Shown in pieces: positions 1 to 12,303 of a stretch of DNA of 64,000 nt. Within the stretch, counting starts at the first letter, position 1, and every line of letters begins with the position of its first letter. This DNA comes from Elsinoe ampelina. Lineage: Eukaryota. Made by a program: the position numbers and the translations under genes. A model generated the notes under the pieces. The model saw only the letters and a program-made list of their open reading frames with translations, was not told where the DNA came from and did not search any database. Location of the stretch: contig ML992506.1 of assembly GCA_010093995.1 (NCBI GenBank), positions 492,832 to 556,831 on the forward strand, in the 5' to 3' direction.

Positions 1-512
1 AATGATGACTTCACAATCCGAGTGCGTCTTGAACGGGTAGGGTTTGGGGAGCTGTTTCCGGATGACCTTGTGGTTGTAGATTTCTCCGTTGACGGCGAGG
101 GCGATGGAGCCGTCTTCGTTGAGGATGGGCTGGGCGCCGGTGTCGATACCGACGATACTCAGACGTTCGTGGACGAGGATCGTCTTGTTGGCTGTGTGGT
201 TCCCTGACCAGTCTTTTGCTTATCAGTGTCTGTGACTCTTCTTTCTGAGGCAGGGTTATACACACCAGGGCCGCGGTGCCGGATGCTGGGAGCATGTCAG
301 AGGAGAGCAAAAGCAGCCAGAAAGAGGGTACTCACGCCTTGCCCATGCGCAGGGCCGTCGGCTTGAACTTTTGCACATCGGGATGACTGTTGCTAAGTCA
401 GTGACTTGCTATGGAGGGGCACGTGGTATATGGAGGGGCATTTGCTCTACAGCCTCGAGGGCGAGCAAAAGGGAGAAGACACTCACCAATGGCACGCAAA
501 TATTCCGCACAT
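1..512 (-). CDS. ASN1: Glutamine-dependent asparagine synthetase, 5' part (at least 4 exons; runs off window start)
   Basis: Manual splicing on the minus strand gives MCGIFACH / [17 protein letters not shown] / IRHRGP / [48 protein letters not shown]...[10 protein letters not shown], the Ntn-amidotransferase N-terminus of asparagine synthetase. ATG at 512. Missed by the ORF track. Confidence 0.95.
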
Positions 513-606
513 GTTTGCGAGCTCGTCGAGTAAGTCTAAAGAAACAAGAGACGAGTGTATGTTTCTCAATCGCTGTCCTTGTCACCGGCGAAATTCAAGC
601 CCTCTC

Positions 607-613
607 TGAGTCA
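607..613. promoter_or_regulatory. Putative Gcn4/CpcA (cross-pathway control) element TGAGTCA
   Basis: Perfect TGA(C/G)TCA about 95 bp upstream of the asparagine synthetase ATG; ASN genes are classic Gcn4 targets. Confidence 0.55.
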
Positions 614-950
614 ACCAAGGGAACTTTTTGGAGGGTCGTGCCGTTGCTGGCATTGGCTTTTGACGCCGATCTCGGCCCAGCAGGTTGGGACCTTTTGACA
701 GAGCCGCATTCGTCCGTCTTGCCTCCGCGGCCAAAAAGGACCGGATATTTACTGATGTATGACTAGGTAGCACATGATTGGCAGATGACCGTGTTTCACG
801 TTCTTCTAATTCAGCCTATGCGAGGCGCTCTGCTACAAAAATTGCTAGTATACAAGACCAAGCTCAGTAATCCTTCCCAAGGAAATTCATAAGGGTATCA
901 ACCATTCCCTAATACTCAAAAGGAGTGACCAGAAGTATACCAAAATATTA

Positions 951-3900
951 TCAAGGAGAGTGTCTCAACAGCCAGTTCACCGCCCGGTCAACGTGAAGTC
1001 CATCTCCACTGTCGGTGATTCGAAGCGCTTCCCTCGCCTGGTTTGGAGTGAATCCCATTGAGACGACGTTCTGCACCGCAATGTCTGCAGAGTTCGTTCT
1101 CAACCTAGGCATCTGCGGTTGTTCAGTTCGAGGGGTCCACTCGCTTTGTCGCCTCGAGGCAGACCGCTGAAGAGCATGGTGCTGTGGTGGCGTTGAGGGG
1201 TGCCATGTTGGTGGAGTCAAAGTGGGAGCTGGCGAATGTGCCTGCTTGAGTGCTGGATGCTGTTGAGCAAGTGGTGAAGGTGTTCGTAAGGGGAGAGGAG
1301 GAGGAACGTCTCTTAAAGGACTTCGAAGTGGGACGGCAAGAGTGCTGCTGCTGCTCTGGGCTGGAAGATATTGCTCTTCCTGGATGGGGCTGACCTTCTT
1401 CGTCCATGCTGCTGTCCTTGCAGCGGCATTCATAGGGCTCGCAGGGAAGGCAGTCATTGGAGTGCCGCTCACAGGAGTACGGCCAACCAGTGTGACACTA
1501 CTGGCGACGCTTGCCCTGTTGGAACCAGTCATGCGGGAGAAGAGGCTCATCGGGCGCTCCGTTGCCATGTCAATGAGAGGGAGTCGCTTGTAAGAGCTGC
1601 TACAACGAGCAGCGCGGATCTCGGCGGCGAGTGTGGCAACACGCTTGCGAGAAAGCTCCTTCCGCTCCTGGTCCTTAGCAGACAATGTGCTTGGGTGAGG
1701 AGTGACAGTGACACGCTCTTCGTAAAGACGGCAAAGAGGCTCGCGAAGGAATGGTCCGCGGGAAGAGTTGAACGCTGGCGGTGACCACTCCATCCACCCG
1801 TTGAGGGCAGCAATTGCAAACCCAGAGTTCGTGTTATGAGACAGCTCGGCGAGCTTCAACACCGCCGACGGACCGAGGGTGAGGACATGAAAGATCCACT
1901 CCTCAAGCACCAACGACTCGGTCTCCGTATCACCCTTCTCGATCGTAGAGGACGAGTAGATACCATGAGTGCGAGCCTGGCGAGTCTTCCCGACATAGTC
2001 CTGAAGCAGGGCGGCGAGGCAGTTCCAAAGTTCAGTCATGTCGTAAAGATCATCGGCCGAGAGACCCCCGGTGTTGCAAATGCCGAAGTAATCAGGAGGA
2101 TTCAGCAGCACCGAAGCCATGTCGAACTCTAAGTTGGTGTTGACGGTAGCCGCGCAGCCTTGCGCATGTGCCAAGAGGCCACCCTTCAGCCAGTCGATCT
2201 GACCAGTAATATCTTCTTCTCGGTGCTTGCCTGAACCGAAAACGCGGCAGAAGCACCAGACACGGTAAAATGCCTCGTCGAAGCGTGCTGCTAAAGGATC
2301 TGAGCTGTCGCTCAAGGCAGAGACGGTCTCTGGGCGAAGAAATGACTCGCATCGCTCGACGATCATTGGCTTGAGAGCAGCAATGACGGCCTCATCCCGA
2401 AGAGCGTGGTTCTTGTAGGTGATGGCCGTGTAGGATACCTGAGCCAGGTCCAGGTCCGGGTCTTCTGCTGACTCGGGGCTTGGAGGAGGGGACCATTCGC
2501 GTAGCTCCCAGGCTGCAGCCGATTGGTTGCGTAGGACAGACTTGAGCAGGGACAACTCGTTCTGCTTGTAGACTCTGCGCATTCCCTTGTTGATGACAGC
2601 CGTGTTGGCAAGATCATGCAGGGACGGAAGTGAGGCCATGATCTTGAGCAAAGCCCCTTCAGCTGCGGCACGCGCGGTCTGGAACTTCATGGGTGACGTT
2701 GGACGCCATGCCTCATCAAGACCAGTCAGGCTGGTGGTGTTCTCCTCGTCAAGTGTGGATGGAATGAGAATGGAAATCCGAGCTGAAGGTGTGCGGGGCG
2801 AGAGAAGACGTGGCATAGGACTCCAGGCTGGCAATTGAGGAGCTGCAAGTCGAGCAGTCACAGGAGTATTGAGGCCTAGAATGCGAAGTGGTGTGAGGTC
2901 TGCCTTCTTCACATCAGAGCCCGATCTTCGTCGGTTCGCTTTGTTGACAGCAACCTTTAGATCGCCGCGATCCGACCTCTGAGAGAGGTGCGAATCGGAC
3001 ATGCGATGCGATGACGGTGAGCTTGGGCTGAGGATGCTATCACTGAGCTCCGATGGACGGCGACCACCGCGAAGGGTAGACTTGACTGGAATAGTAGGAG
3101 CCAACGACACTTCGGAGGATCCACTACCTGTCCGCGTGACCTTGATGCCAGGAACGGCGTCCTCGTCAGCGATAGCCGGATTAGCTGCATCAGACGAAAG
3201 TGATCTCTGCATGCCAGGCCTTGACCTGCGTCGGATTTGCAGAGGCTTGATCTCGCAAAGCTTGTCGTTCAGCTCAGAGGCTGCCTCGCTCAGAGAAGGG
3301 CTTGTCGGGGTCGACGAGACGTATGGATCAGTCTTCATAAACTCGTTGTCGAACATGTCAAGCTTGTGCAACGACTTGCATGACTTTGAAGGCTTGACTC
3401 GGACAGGCTTCCAATTCGTTGGATTTGTCGGTCTCATGTATGGGCGCTGAAATGTACTCCATGCTTGATCCGGTTTGGCAGACGAGATGGACTCTGATCT
3501 CACAGACGATACTGACTGTGGCGTCGGTGACGTCCTTGGTAGCGACGACCATGACCTGCTAGGGTCGAAGACGGACGCATCTGGTCCAGGACTTGGTGGG
3601 AGAGGCTTGTTAAGGTCAGGGGATTCAAACACGCCGGCTTTGTTCGGATCCATGACGGCAAAGGCAGGCTTCATTGGCTTCTTGCCCTTCCTGGTACCTT
3701 TCCATGCTGGGCGAGGCGTCTTGGGTTGTATCTCATCGGAAGAATCGATACTCGTCCTTGACGACTTTGATGACTTCCGGCTATATGTGGACCCATCGCT
3801 GTCGATGTACGAGGGATCGGTGCTGGCGTTGGACGAGTTCCTTGATGGGTTTGAGCGCTCTGGTGGCGTGCATGGTCGCGAGTATGACTCTGGTATGGTC

Positions 3901-4787
3901 GGCGGCGCGGTCATTGGGTATTCTTCATCCGTGTCATCAGCGAGCGGCGATGTGAATCCAAACTTGTTCCTACGCGGTTCTACCGCCGTGGGAAGTATGT
4001 GAGCCGTCATGTTGAACTTTGAGACGGCAGGCGTAGTGGCGGTAGCAGCAAAGTCCTCACAAATCTGCTTTGCGAGGTTCTTGGTTTTTGGACTCCAGGA
4101 GTCGGGGATGACAACTGAAAGAGTCGGTTTCGAACTCCTTCGAGACATGTGGACTTGTGACGGTGCCGGCAGTGGCTCATTCGACCGCTTGACATTTTGC
4201 TTCTCCGTCTTTTGCTCAATAGTGTTGCGGCGACCGTTGGTATGACTGTTAGCGACACCATCCCTCCACACCCCAATTCTTGTCTTGGATTCCTCTTTAG
4301 CTAGTGGAGTGTGCGGACTAGGGATGCTCCGTTCCAATGCCGCTGCAGATAACGGTAAGCATTCCGAGGACGGGTAGGGACGTTCCAACGGCGGGCGTTT
4401 TTCGCTGATAGAGCTCAAACGTGGCTGAACCGCGGCGATGGGCGTGGTTGGTGAGATGGTGTCGCCTGGTGGTAGTGCTTGTAAGATCGACAAGCGGTTG
4501 GAGGGTCGTCGACGGACAGTATTCTTTCGGATGCCTGCAGGTTTCTTGTTCGCAGGCGGGGTCCTCAAAACGTCCGAAATGTGTTGCGGCATCTTGTCGC
4601 AGTAGATCGAACCTTGTCTGCTGAATATGGATCGACTTCTCCTAGCAGTGGTCCGAGGGCGAATCGTAGTGCATTGTTGTTTGTGAAGGGGAGAGAGTTG
4701 ACATGATGAGGCCAAGGTGGGATGAGGAGATGGTGTAACGTGTGCGAAGTCGTCGAAAGCACGAAGAGGAATTGACACGGCTGCCAT
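951..4787 (-). CDS. Large Ser/Pro-rich protein with a central F-box-like/helical region and C-terminal UBA domain
   Basis: Single long ORF; C-terminal AVQNVVSMGFTPNQAREALRITDSGDGLHVDRAVNWLL is a UBA (MGF) motif. First ATG at 4787, alternative at 4592. Confidence 0.75.
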   Translation of the reverse strand: MAAVSIPLRAFDDFAHVTPSPHPTLASSCQLSPLHKQQCTTIRPRTTARRSRSIFSRQGSIYCDKMPQHISDVLRTPPANKKPAGIRKNTVRRRPSNRLSILQALPPGDTISPTTPIAAVQPRLSSISEKRPPLERPYPSSECLPLSAAALERSIPSPHTPLAKEESKTRIGVWRDGVANSHTNGRRNTIEQKTEKQNVKRSNEPLPAPSQVHMSRRSSKPTLSVVIPDSWSPKTKNLAKQICEDFAATATTPAVSKFNMTAHILPTAVEPRRNKFGFTSPLADDTDEEYPMTAPPTIPESYSRPCTPPERSNPSRNSSNASTDPSYIDSDGSTYSRKSSKSSRTSIDSSDEIQPKTPRPAWKGTRKGKKPMKPAFAVMDPNKAGVFESPDLNKPLPPSPGPDASVFDPSRSWSSLPRTSPTPQSVSSVRSESISSAKPDQAWSTFQRPYMRPTNPTNWKPVRVKPSKSCKSLHKLDMFDNEFMKTDPYVSSTPTSPSLSEAASELNDKLCEIKPLQIRRRSRPGMQRSLSSDAANPAIADEDAVPGIKVTRTGSGSSEVSLAPTIPVKSTLRGGRRPSELSDSILSPSSPSSHRMSDSHLSQRSDRGDLKVAVNKANRRRSGSDVKKADLTPLRILGLNTPVTARLAAPQLPAWSPMPRLLSPRTPSARISILIPSTLDEENTTSLTGLDEAWRPTSPMKFQTARAAAEGALLKIMASLPSLHDLANTAVINKGMRRVYKQNELSLLKSVLRNQSAAAWELREWSPPPSPESAEDPDLDLAQVSYTAITYKNHALRDEAVIAALKPMIVERCESFLRPETVSALSDSSDPLAARFDEAFYRVWCFCRVFGSGKHREEDITGQIDWLKGGLLAHAQGCAATVNTNLEFDMASVLLNPPDYFGICNTGGLSADDLYDMTELWNCLAALLQDYVGKTRQARTHGIYSSSTIEKGDTETESLVLEEWIFHVLTLGPSAVLKLAELSHNTNSGFAIAALNGWMEWSPPAFNSSRGPFLREPLCRLYEERVTVTPHPSTLSAKDQERKELSRKRVATLAAEIRAARCSSSYKRLPLIDMATERPMSLFSRMTGSNRASVASSVTLVGRTPVSGTPMTAFPASPMNAAARTAAWTKKVSPIQEEQYLPAQSSSSTLAVPLRSPLRDVPPPLPLRTPSPLAQQHPALKQAHSPAPTLTPPTWHPSTPPQHHALQRSASRRQSEWTPRTEQPQMPRLRTNSADIAVQNVVSMGFTPNQAREALRITDSGDGLHVDRAVNWLLRHSP

Positions 4788-6581
4788 TGTAGTTTCACAT
4801 GTGCGTTCCCCCAACTGGAGTTCCCAACAGCCGAGTGGGCTCGAGGTGGCGGTCCGTGAGGTTGACTATTGCTTAAGGTCTGATTAGGATGACCGGGAGC
4901 TACAACCTGGCTCCAGGACCCTTCAGACCCTGATCAATGACACGTGTGAAAGTGTTATGACAATGTGGCAATTGAAGTGTTAAAAAGACAGATTGATGTA
5001 GAGAGATGGAATAGGATCAAGCAGTCAGCAATGAATACGCCTGACTTACTGGGCAGCGTGGGTTCAAAAGGCTGATGGGATGAGCAGACCAAGGACTTGC
5101 GCCGCAGAACGCAAAACAGCGGTGCCATCGGTCTGGCGCTGCGCTTCTCCAGCCTCCGACCTCACCCAGTGTCTCGATGACCAGATCCATGGGCGACGAG
5201 GGGCGAGCTGGTAGGCAGAGAGAGGCACAGTGGGTTCAGCCTCACCGATGTTGGAATCGAGTGGTGGTGGAGTGAGGGTCAGAAGACAAATTAGCCGCAG
5301 CTGGAAATAGCAACCTTGGCGGAATTGACACTTGGACCAGACCCACTTGATGGCCGAAATGGTCCGCAGAAATTGATTTCGAGTTTCTCATCAAGGTTTG
5401 GTTCTCTCCATCCGCTCGACCCGTTGAAACATCAACTCATGCTTAACAGAGATAGTCTTATCCCGCAAAAGGTAGACCGTTTGGACAACCTCAACCGCAC
5501 ATCAACGTTCGCCATGGCTATCAATCAGATTCATGATGATCAATTCCAACGTCCACATACATCCCGACGTAGGATTGAGCCATACTGACGCCTCTGACGC
5601 TCTTTCGCTACTCATGCATCCCGTCAGGTCCCCTCCTCATGCCGTCTTCTGTACGTTCACCGGAAATCAGGGTCGTCATCCCACGAGGTTGGTGGCTCTG
5701 GCCGCAAAATCGGCCTGGAGTGACGAGCCTCGAAAGGGTCACGTTCCCCTTACGAGGCCAACAGGATTCCCATTATTGCTGTTGAAGCCGATGCATGTCT
5801 TGCAGCCCTATTGCCGGTGTGCCCGCGAGGCTGGACCCCCAATCACTCCCAACACGTACCTTGCTTTGTGCATAACATGCATATGTTGATCTACTCCACT
5901 ACAACTGCTCGGCCATGGTTGTTCACCGGCTTCGAATGCGGTGACTGTCTTTCCGTGCAAGTCGGGCTTTGGCTTTGATGTGTTTCACTGCCGAGCTGAT
6001 GAGCCTCAGCTTCATTATTGGACCAAGCAACGTGACCATGGACGAGCAGAGCAACTACGCAGCGCCTCCCACGCCTAGCAATAATCATCCGTGCGAATGT
6101 TTTGTATGCATTTGTTTTACGGATATGAACGGCGGCTACAGCTATGAGTCTGTTCGAAATCAAGACCACGCCATGTGTGATGATCACAGCTGATCACAAT
6201 CGTATACCAGCTCGTGGCACAGTTGCACCGTCCGGCCACAGCTTCCATATCGCAGCCGCCAGATCTCCCTATCTGAAACGCAGGGCTCGTACATGCACCT
6301 GCATGAACCATTCGGCACTTGCTGTTTGTTATTGGGCGTCACTGTGGACAGATCTCACTGGTTGACTGCCAGATCCCACGTTGCCTCGAACATCCCCACG
6401 ACTCATACTGAGCCCTGCCTGACGATGGGCTTGGGGACTGCGTGCACCATTCCCCCAATCGCCTGTCACCACCTGTCATGCTCGGTGGGCTGGTCACTGG
6501 CCATCGTCCCTGCATTACAGTCCTTGGCTCCTCGACACCCGACTGGTCACATCTCCTCGTCCCATGAAGCCGTGACATCGT

Positions 6582-8076
<1,495 letters not shown>

Positions 8077-8358
8077 CTATTTTAGTAGTCGTGCGCCCTG
8101 TCGTCAGTGTACGATCGTCGAGCTTGTCGTGTGCTCAGCATAAAATCTTCAATCTGCCGTGCACAACGAAAAATGATAGTGAAATCCCAAGCGAAGGGAC
8201 CTCGCTTCAACCTTCCACTCCAACCACGACGTCATGATGGGAAAATGCTCCCCATGCCCTAAGGTATCCATGCCGGAATGGATGCTCTCACTTCGCCCTC
8301 CAGCTTCCCATCATCCAACCCACAACCCCCAACCCATCCTCCAGCACCGACATGCGGC

Positions 8359-9249
8359 ATGCTCCTCACCCCACGCCGCCTCCCCACCATCCCCCTCCCC
8401 TCCATCCGGCGCAACTTCACCACCACCGCACCCAACCTCAATAACCCCCCAACAACCCACTACGACACCCTCTCCCTTCCCCCCACCGCCACCGCCAAAC
8501 AGATAAAATCCCAATTCTACTCCCTCTCCAAATCCCACCACCCGGACCTCCACCCCAACGACCCCACCGCCTCCTCCCGCTTCGTCAAAATCTCAGAAGC
8601 CTATACCGTCCTCGGCTCCCCCGAGAAACGCGCAAGATACGACCTCTCCATCGCCCCCGCGTCCGCCCCCGCCGGTGGTCCCCAGCAAGCCGCCCAGAGG
8701 GGGAGTTACTCGTCCCACACGGCCAACGGTCCGGCGGGGGGACGCGCGCCCTCGGGCCTGTCGAGGCGCAAGACGCAGTTCCGGGGCCCGCCGCCGAGTT
8801 TTTACAAGAGTCGGGGTTGGGGCGGGCAGGGTGCGAAGAGGAGCGAGTTTGCTTCTCAGGGAGGAGCGGGGGGTTCTGAGGGCGCGGGATCGACGGCCGG
8901 CGCGGGGACGGGGAGGGCGAGTGGGGCGGGGTCCACCGCGGGCACGGAAGGGGGTTTTGCGTATAATGAGCCGGGGACGGGCCCGGGTGGGTTCGCGCCG
9001 GGTTGGGATAATGATGTGCCGCATTTTGATCGCGAGGGGCATTATAGGACGCAGGAAGGGGTGGAGAGGATGAGGAGTAGGATGAAGAGGGAGGGGGTGG
9101 AGGTGGAGCCGAGTGGTGGGGTGATGGGAGGGTTTCTGGCGGTGACGGCGGTGATTGGGGCAGTGTTCGGGATAAGTGCGTTGTTTGCGCCCACGCCGGT
9201 CAGGAAGGATGTAAGATTTAGAGAAGGAGGGGCCTCGGCGCCAGGGTAG
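8359..9249 (+). CDS. J-domain (DnaJ) protein, probably mitochondrial, with C-terminal TM segment
   Basis: THYDTLSL...IKSQFYSLSKSHHPD...RFVKISEAYTVLGSPEKRARYD; presequence-like MLLTPRRL...RRNFTT; hydrophobic segment near the C-terminus. Confidence 0.88.
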   Translation: MLLTPRRLPTIPLPSIRRNFTTTAPNLNNPPTTHYDTLSLPPTATAKQIKSQFYSLSKSHHPDLHPNDPTASSRFVKISEAYTVLGSPEKRARYDLSIAPASAPAGGPQQAAQRGSYSSHTANGPAGGRAPSGLSRRKTQFRGPPPSFYKSRGWGGQGAKRSEFASQGGAGGSEGAGSTAGAGTGRASGAGSTAGTEGGFAYNEPGTGPGGFAPGWDNDVPHFDREGHYRTQEGVERMRSRMKREGVEVEPSGGVMGGFLAVTAVIGAVFGISALFAPTPVRKDVRFREGGASAPG

Positions 9250-9439
9250 GGACATGAGCACATAATGATCGGAATAGAAGGGACATGTCCAGTAGATGTA
9301 GAATTGACACAGATTTACACATCTTTTTGAAAGTGACGAGCTCTATGTACCTCCGTATTCGACTTGGCTGAACACTCACGGTGTAAGAACTTGGCTGAGA
9401 ATCAAAGCGGTGGTGCGTCGGGACTTGGGAATGGTACGT

Positions 9440-10783
9440 TTAACCCTCGAAGGTCAAGCTGGTACCGATCTTGTGGCCGGCCTCGTTGAGCTTGGCGGTA
9501 TCGAGGGAGAGACCGAGACCAAGGGTGGCGCCAGGGTTGAGCTTGGTGTTGTAGGCGAGGGCAGCAATACCGCGGTCGTTGATCTTAGCCTGGATAACCT
9601 GTCAGACACAATCTCCTGCAAACTCTTGGTCACAGCTTACCTTGGCGAAGGAGGTAGGGTCGATCTTGTACTTGCCGGCAACCTCGAGACCGACATTGTT
9701 GTTGCCCTGGAGGTCGTAGGTGGCCTTGGCACCAGCCTCGACGTTAGAGTTGACCTTCTGGTAGAAAGAAGCAGCAATGACGCTCAAGTTCTGGGTACCG
9801 GTGATGGAAGCGGTGTAAGTTGGGGCAGCGTAGCCAGCGGCGGCAGCATAGCGGGTGACGGCAGCCTTCTGGACATCGTAACCGGCCTCAGCACCGACGA
9901 GGAAGCCCTCATGACCGACAACAGCATCGAGGATGGCGCTGACGTTGCCGCTGGCGCTGCGGTCAATGAAGGCACGAGCGTGCGAGTTGGGCAGCTTGAA
10001 GGTCAAGTTGAGCTTCTGGGCTCCCTTTTGAGGCGCATTCGGGTTCCACAGGTTCTGGAGCTCGGCCTTGACCGGCTGGGAGAAGACGTCGGTGAACTCG
10101 ACCTTGCTGTCGAGGAGAGCGGCAGTGGTCCAGGACTGGGTAATGGTGACACCTGGTTTCCGATAAGTCAGGTATATGCTGTGATTGAGCGATCGTATGG
10201 AAGAGTCTTCTTCTGTCTCCGCTCCGGCCAGGTCATCCTTCCCACGCGAACTTCGCCGCAAAGAGGGATAGTTGATGATCTGGAGGTATAGCGATTGTCT
10301 TGCCGGAGCAGGTAACTTGAAAAACAAAACGCTAGATTTGAGAAAGGATGGCCTACCCTGCTCCTTCAGTGTGTATTTGCCCTCAAGCTGGAAATTGTCA
10401 GACAACTTCGCGATTCGGTCCGGAAAGCTACTAACGCTGGCAGTGGTGGTGCTGTCGAAGCCCTGCTTGCCCTTGACGGTGATGGCAGTGCCATTGGGAG
10501 CCTTGAGCTTGACCTCAAGGTTGGCTAGGGAGGTGTGTTAGTTTAGCTCCAAGCTCTTTTCACTAGTGAAGCATGCCGGCTTGGGTGTGGTAGAAGTCCT
10601 TGTTTATCAACTGTACAGAGTGTCAGTCTCTGTCCAGCTCTTCCCCGTCACACCACTCACATCATTGGCGGCCTTTGAGAGATCCGAGAAAGCTGGGACC
10701 GGGATGGTCTGGACGCTGGTGCGGATCGTCTTCTCGGTAGAGAGAGGGGTTGGGATATCGCTAGATCTGCCTGCGAAAGCCAT
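9440..10783 (-). CDS. POR1: Mitochondrial outer membrane porin (VDAC), 6 exons
   Basis: Exons read ...VPAFSDLSKAAND / LINKDFYHTQA / ANLEVKLKAPNG... / LEGKYTLKEQG / VTITQSWTT...FAK / AKINDRGIAALAYNTKL...GHKIGTSLTFEG*. Confidence 0.95.
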
Positions 10784-11086
10784 TGTGTATGCGATTGGTG
10801 ATTAAAGATGGGTAGATGTCTGAATTTGCGTAAATACTGGAATGTTATTGACGACGTAAGGAGGAGAAAGGAAAACATCGGGAGCAGCAGGTTTGGTCCT
10901 GAACCACTTCGCTCGCGACGTTGAAGCAGCCAATCGCGTCACCGAACCAGAGCCATGCAGTCCAAGCTCCCAAGTAATTTTCGTTGCGACTGTTTCTCCA
11001 ACTGCACATCTGGCTATCTGGCTCACCGTAGGGATAGCATCTTTTCTGAGCTGGCCAGCATCACCACCGAGCAAGCAAATCCAACA

Positions 11087-12057
11087 ATGCCGCCACGCCC
11101 GTCTTTATCGGCGCTCAGCCTGCCTCCACCCTTCCTCCTCCCATCACAAGATGTCTCTTACACAACTATCCGCGGGATGCGATCTGTAGTCCAGCACGCC
11201 CGAGCAAACCCATGGAATACCCAGCGCAACCTACCTCTCCTCCAATCCTCGAAAGAAGCTGCTCGTCTCCGTAAAGAACATGTCACACCTCACCGGACAG
11301 GCGCTCTCGCGGTCAAGAAAGGCATGACAGCAATCTACGATCCCGCAACAGCAAGACGAACGCCCTGCACAGTCCTTCAACTCGACCGGGTTCAAGTCGT
11401 CAGTCACAAGACACTTCCTCAACACGGCTACTGGGCCGTACAGGTCGGCTCCGGCTCGAAAGAGGAGCGGAACGTGACGCGACCGGAACGGGGGCACTTC
11501 AGCACAAACGGCGTGCCTCTCAAGCGTCACCTGGTAGAGTTCAAAGTCAAGAGCGAAAAGGGTCTCCCGAAAGTCGGGACTGTGATTGATGCCAGCTGGT
11601 TCCAGGAGGGTCAATTCGTGGATATCCGGGCAGACTGCAAGGGTATGGGCTTCGAGGGTGGTATGAAGAGACATGGCTGGGCGGGTCAGCCGAAGAGTCA
11701 TGGTAACTCGTTGAATCACAGAACAATGGGTTCGGCAGGTGGTAGTCAGGGGAGCGGTAGTAGGGTTATTCCTGGGAAGAAGATGGCGGGGAACATGGGT
11801 GGGCAACAAGTCACTGTGCAGAATCTGAAGGTGTTGAAGGTGGACAAGGAGAACGGGATTGTGGTCGTGCACGGTAAGATGAAGTACGTCGTGGCGAGAA
11901 GGGTGTGGACTGACCATCACTAGGAGCTATTCCGGGTCCGAAGAAAGCGACCATCAAGCTTCAGGATGCGGTCAAGAAGCCTTGGCCTGACGTTCCAGCG
12001 ACTATACTGGAGGAGGTCAACACGACTGCAGCAGCCACTGCGACAGCGGCGGCGTGA
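11087..12057 (+). CDS. MRPL9: Mitochondrial ribosomal protein uL3m (2 exons)
   Basis: RTGALAVKKGMT, KGMGFEGGMKRHG, HGNSLNHRTMGS, PGKKMAGNMG; last exon GAIPGPKKATIKLQDAVKKPWP. Confidence 0.93.
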
Positions 12058-12303
12058 AATCGACATTCAGAGTTGCCACGCGTAGAGCGCTGGACCTCTG
12101 CAAGCAGGCTTTGCTGTGATCAACATACAAGCCCAGATGGGCCGTCAAACGGGGCACCGATTCAGGCTCATGTATCAAATATCACTTGCAGGAAAGCCAG
12201 CAAGGATCCCCCCCTGTATGTAGGACAGGAGCAGGACATGTACAAATAGACACATATTCATGGCACATGGTCAACATGACTTCATTACAGCGTCCAAGCT
12301 AGA

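Noticed and set aside
5969..6193. Small ORF with a CECFVCIC Cys cluster
   Set aside because: No signal peptide, family motif or codon bias; compatible with chance.
9410..10291. 293-aa + strand ORF, and similar long antisense ORFs over MAP2, ADE4, ATP7 and DFG5
   Set aside because: Antisense shadows of codon-biased genes; no independent motifs.
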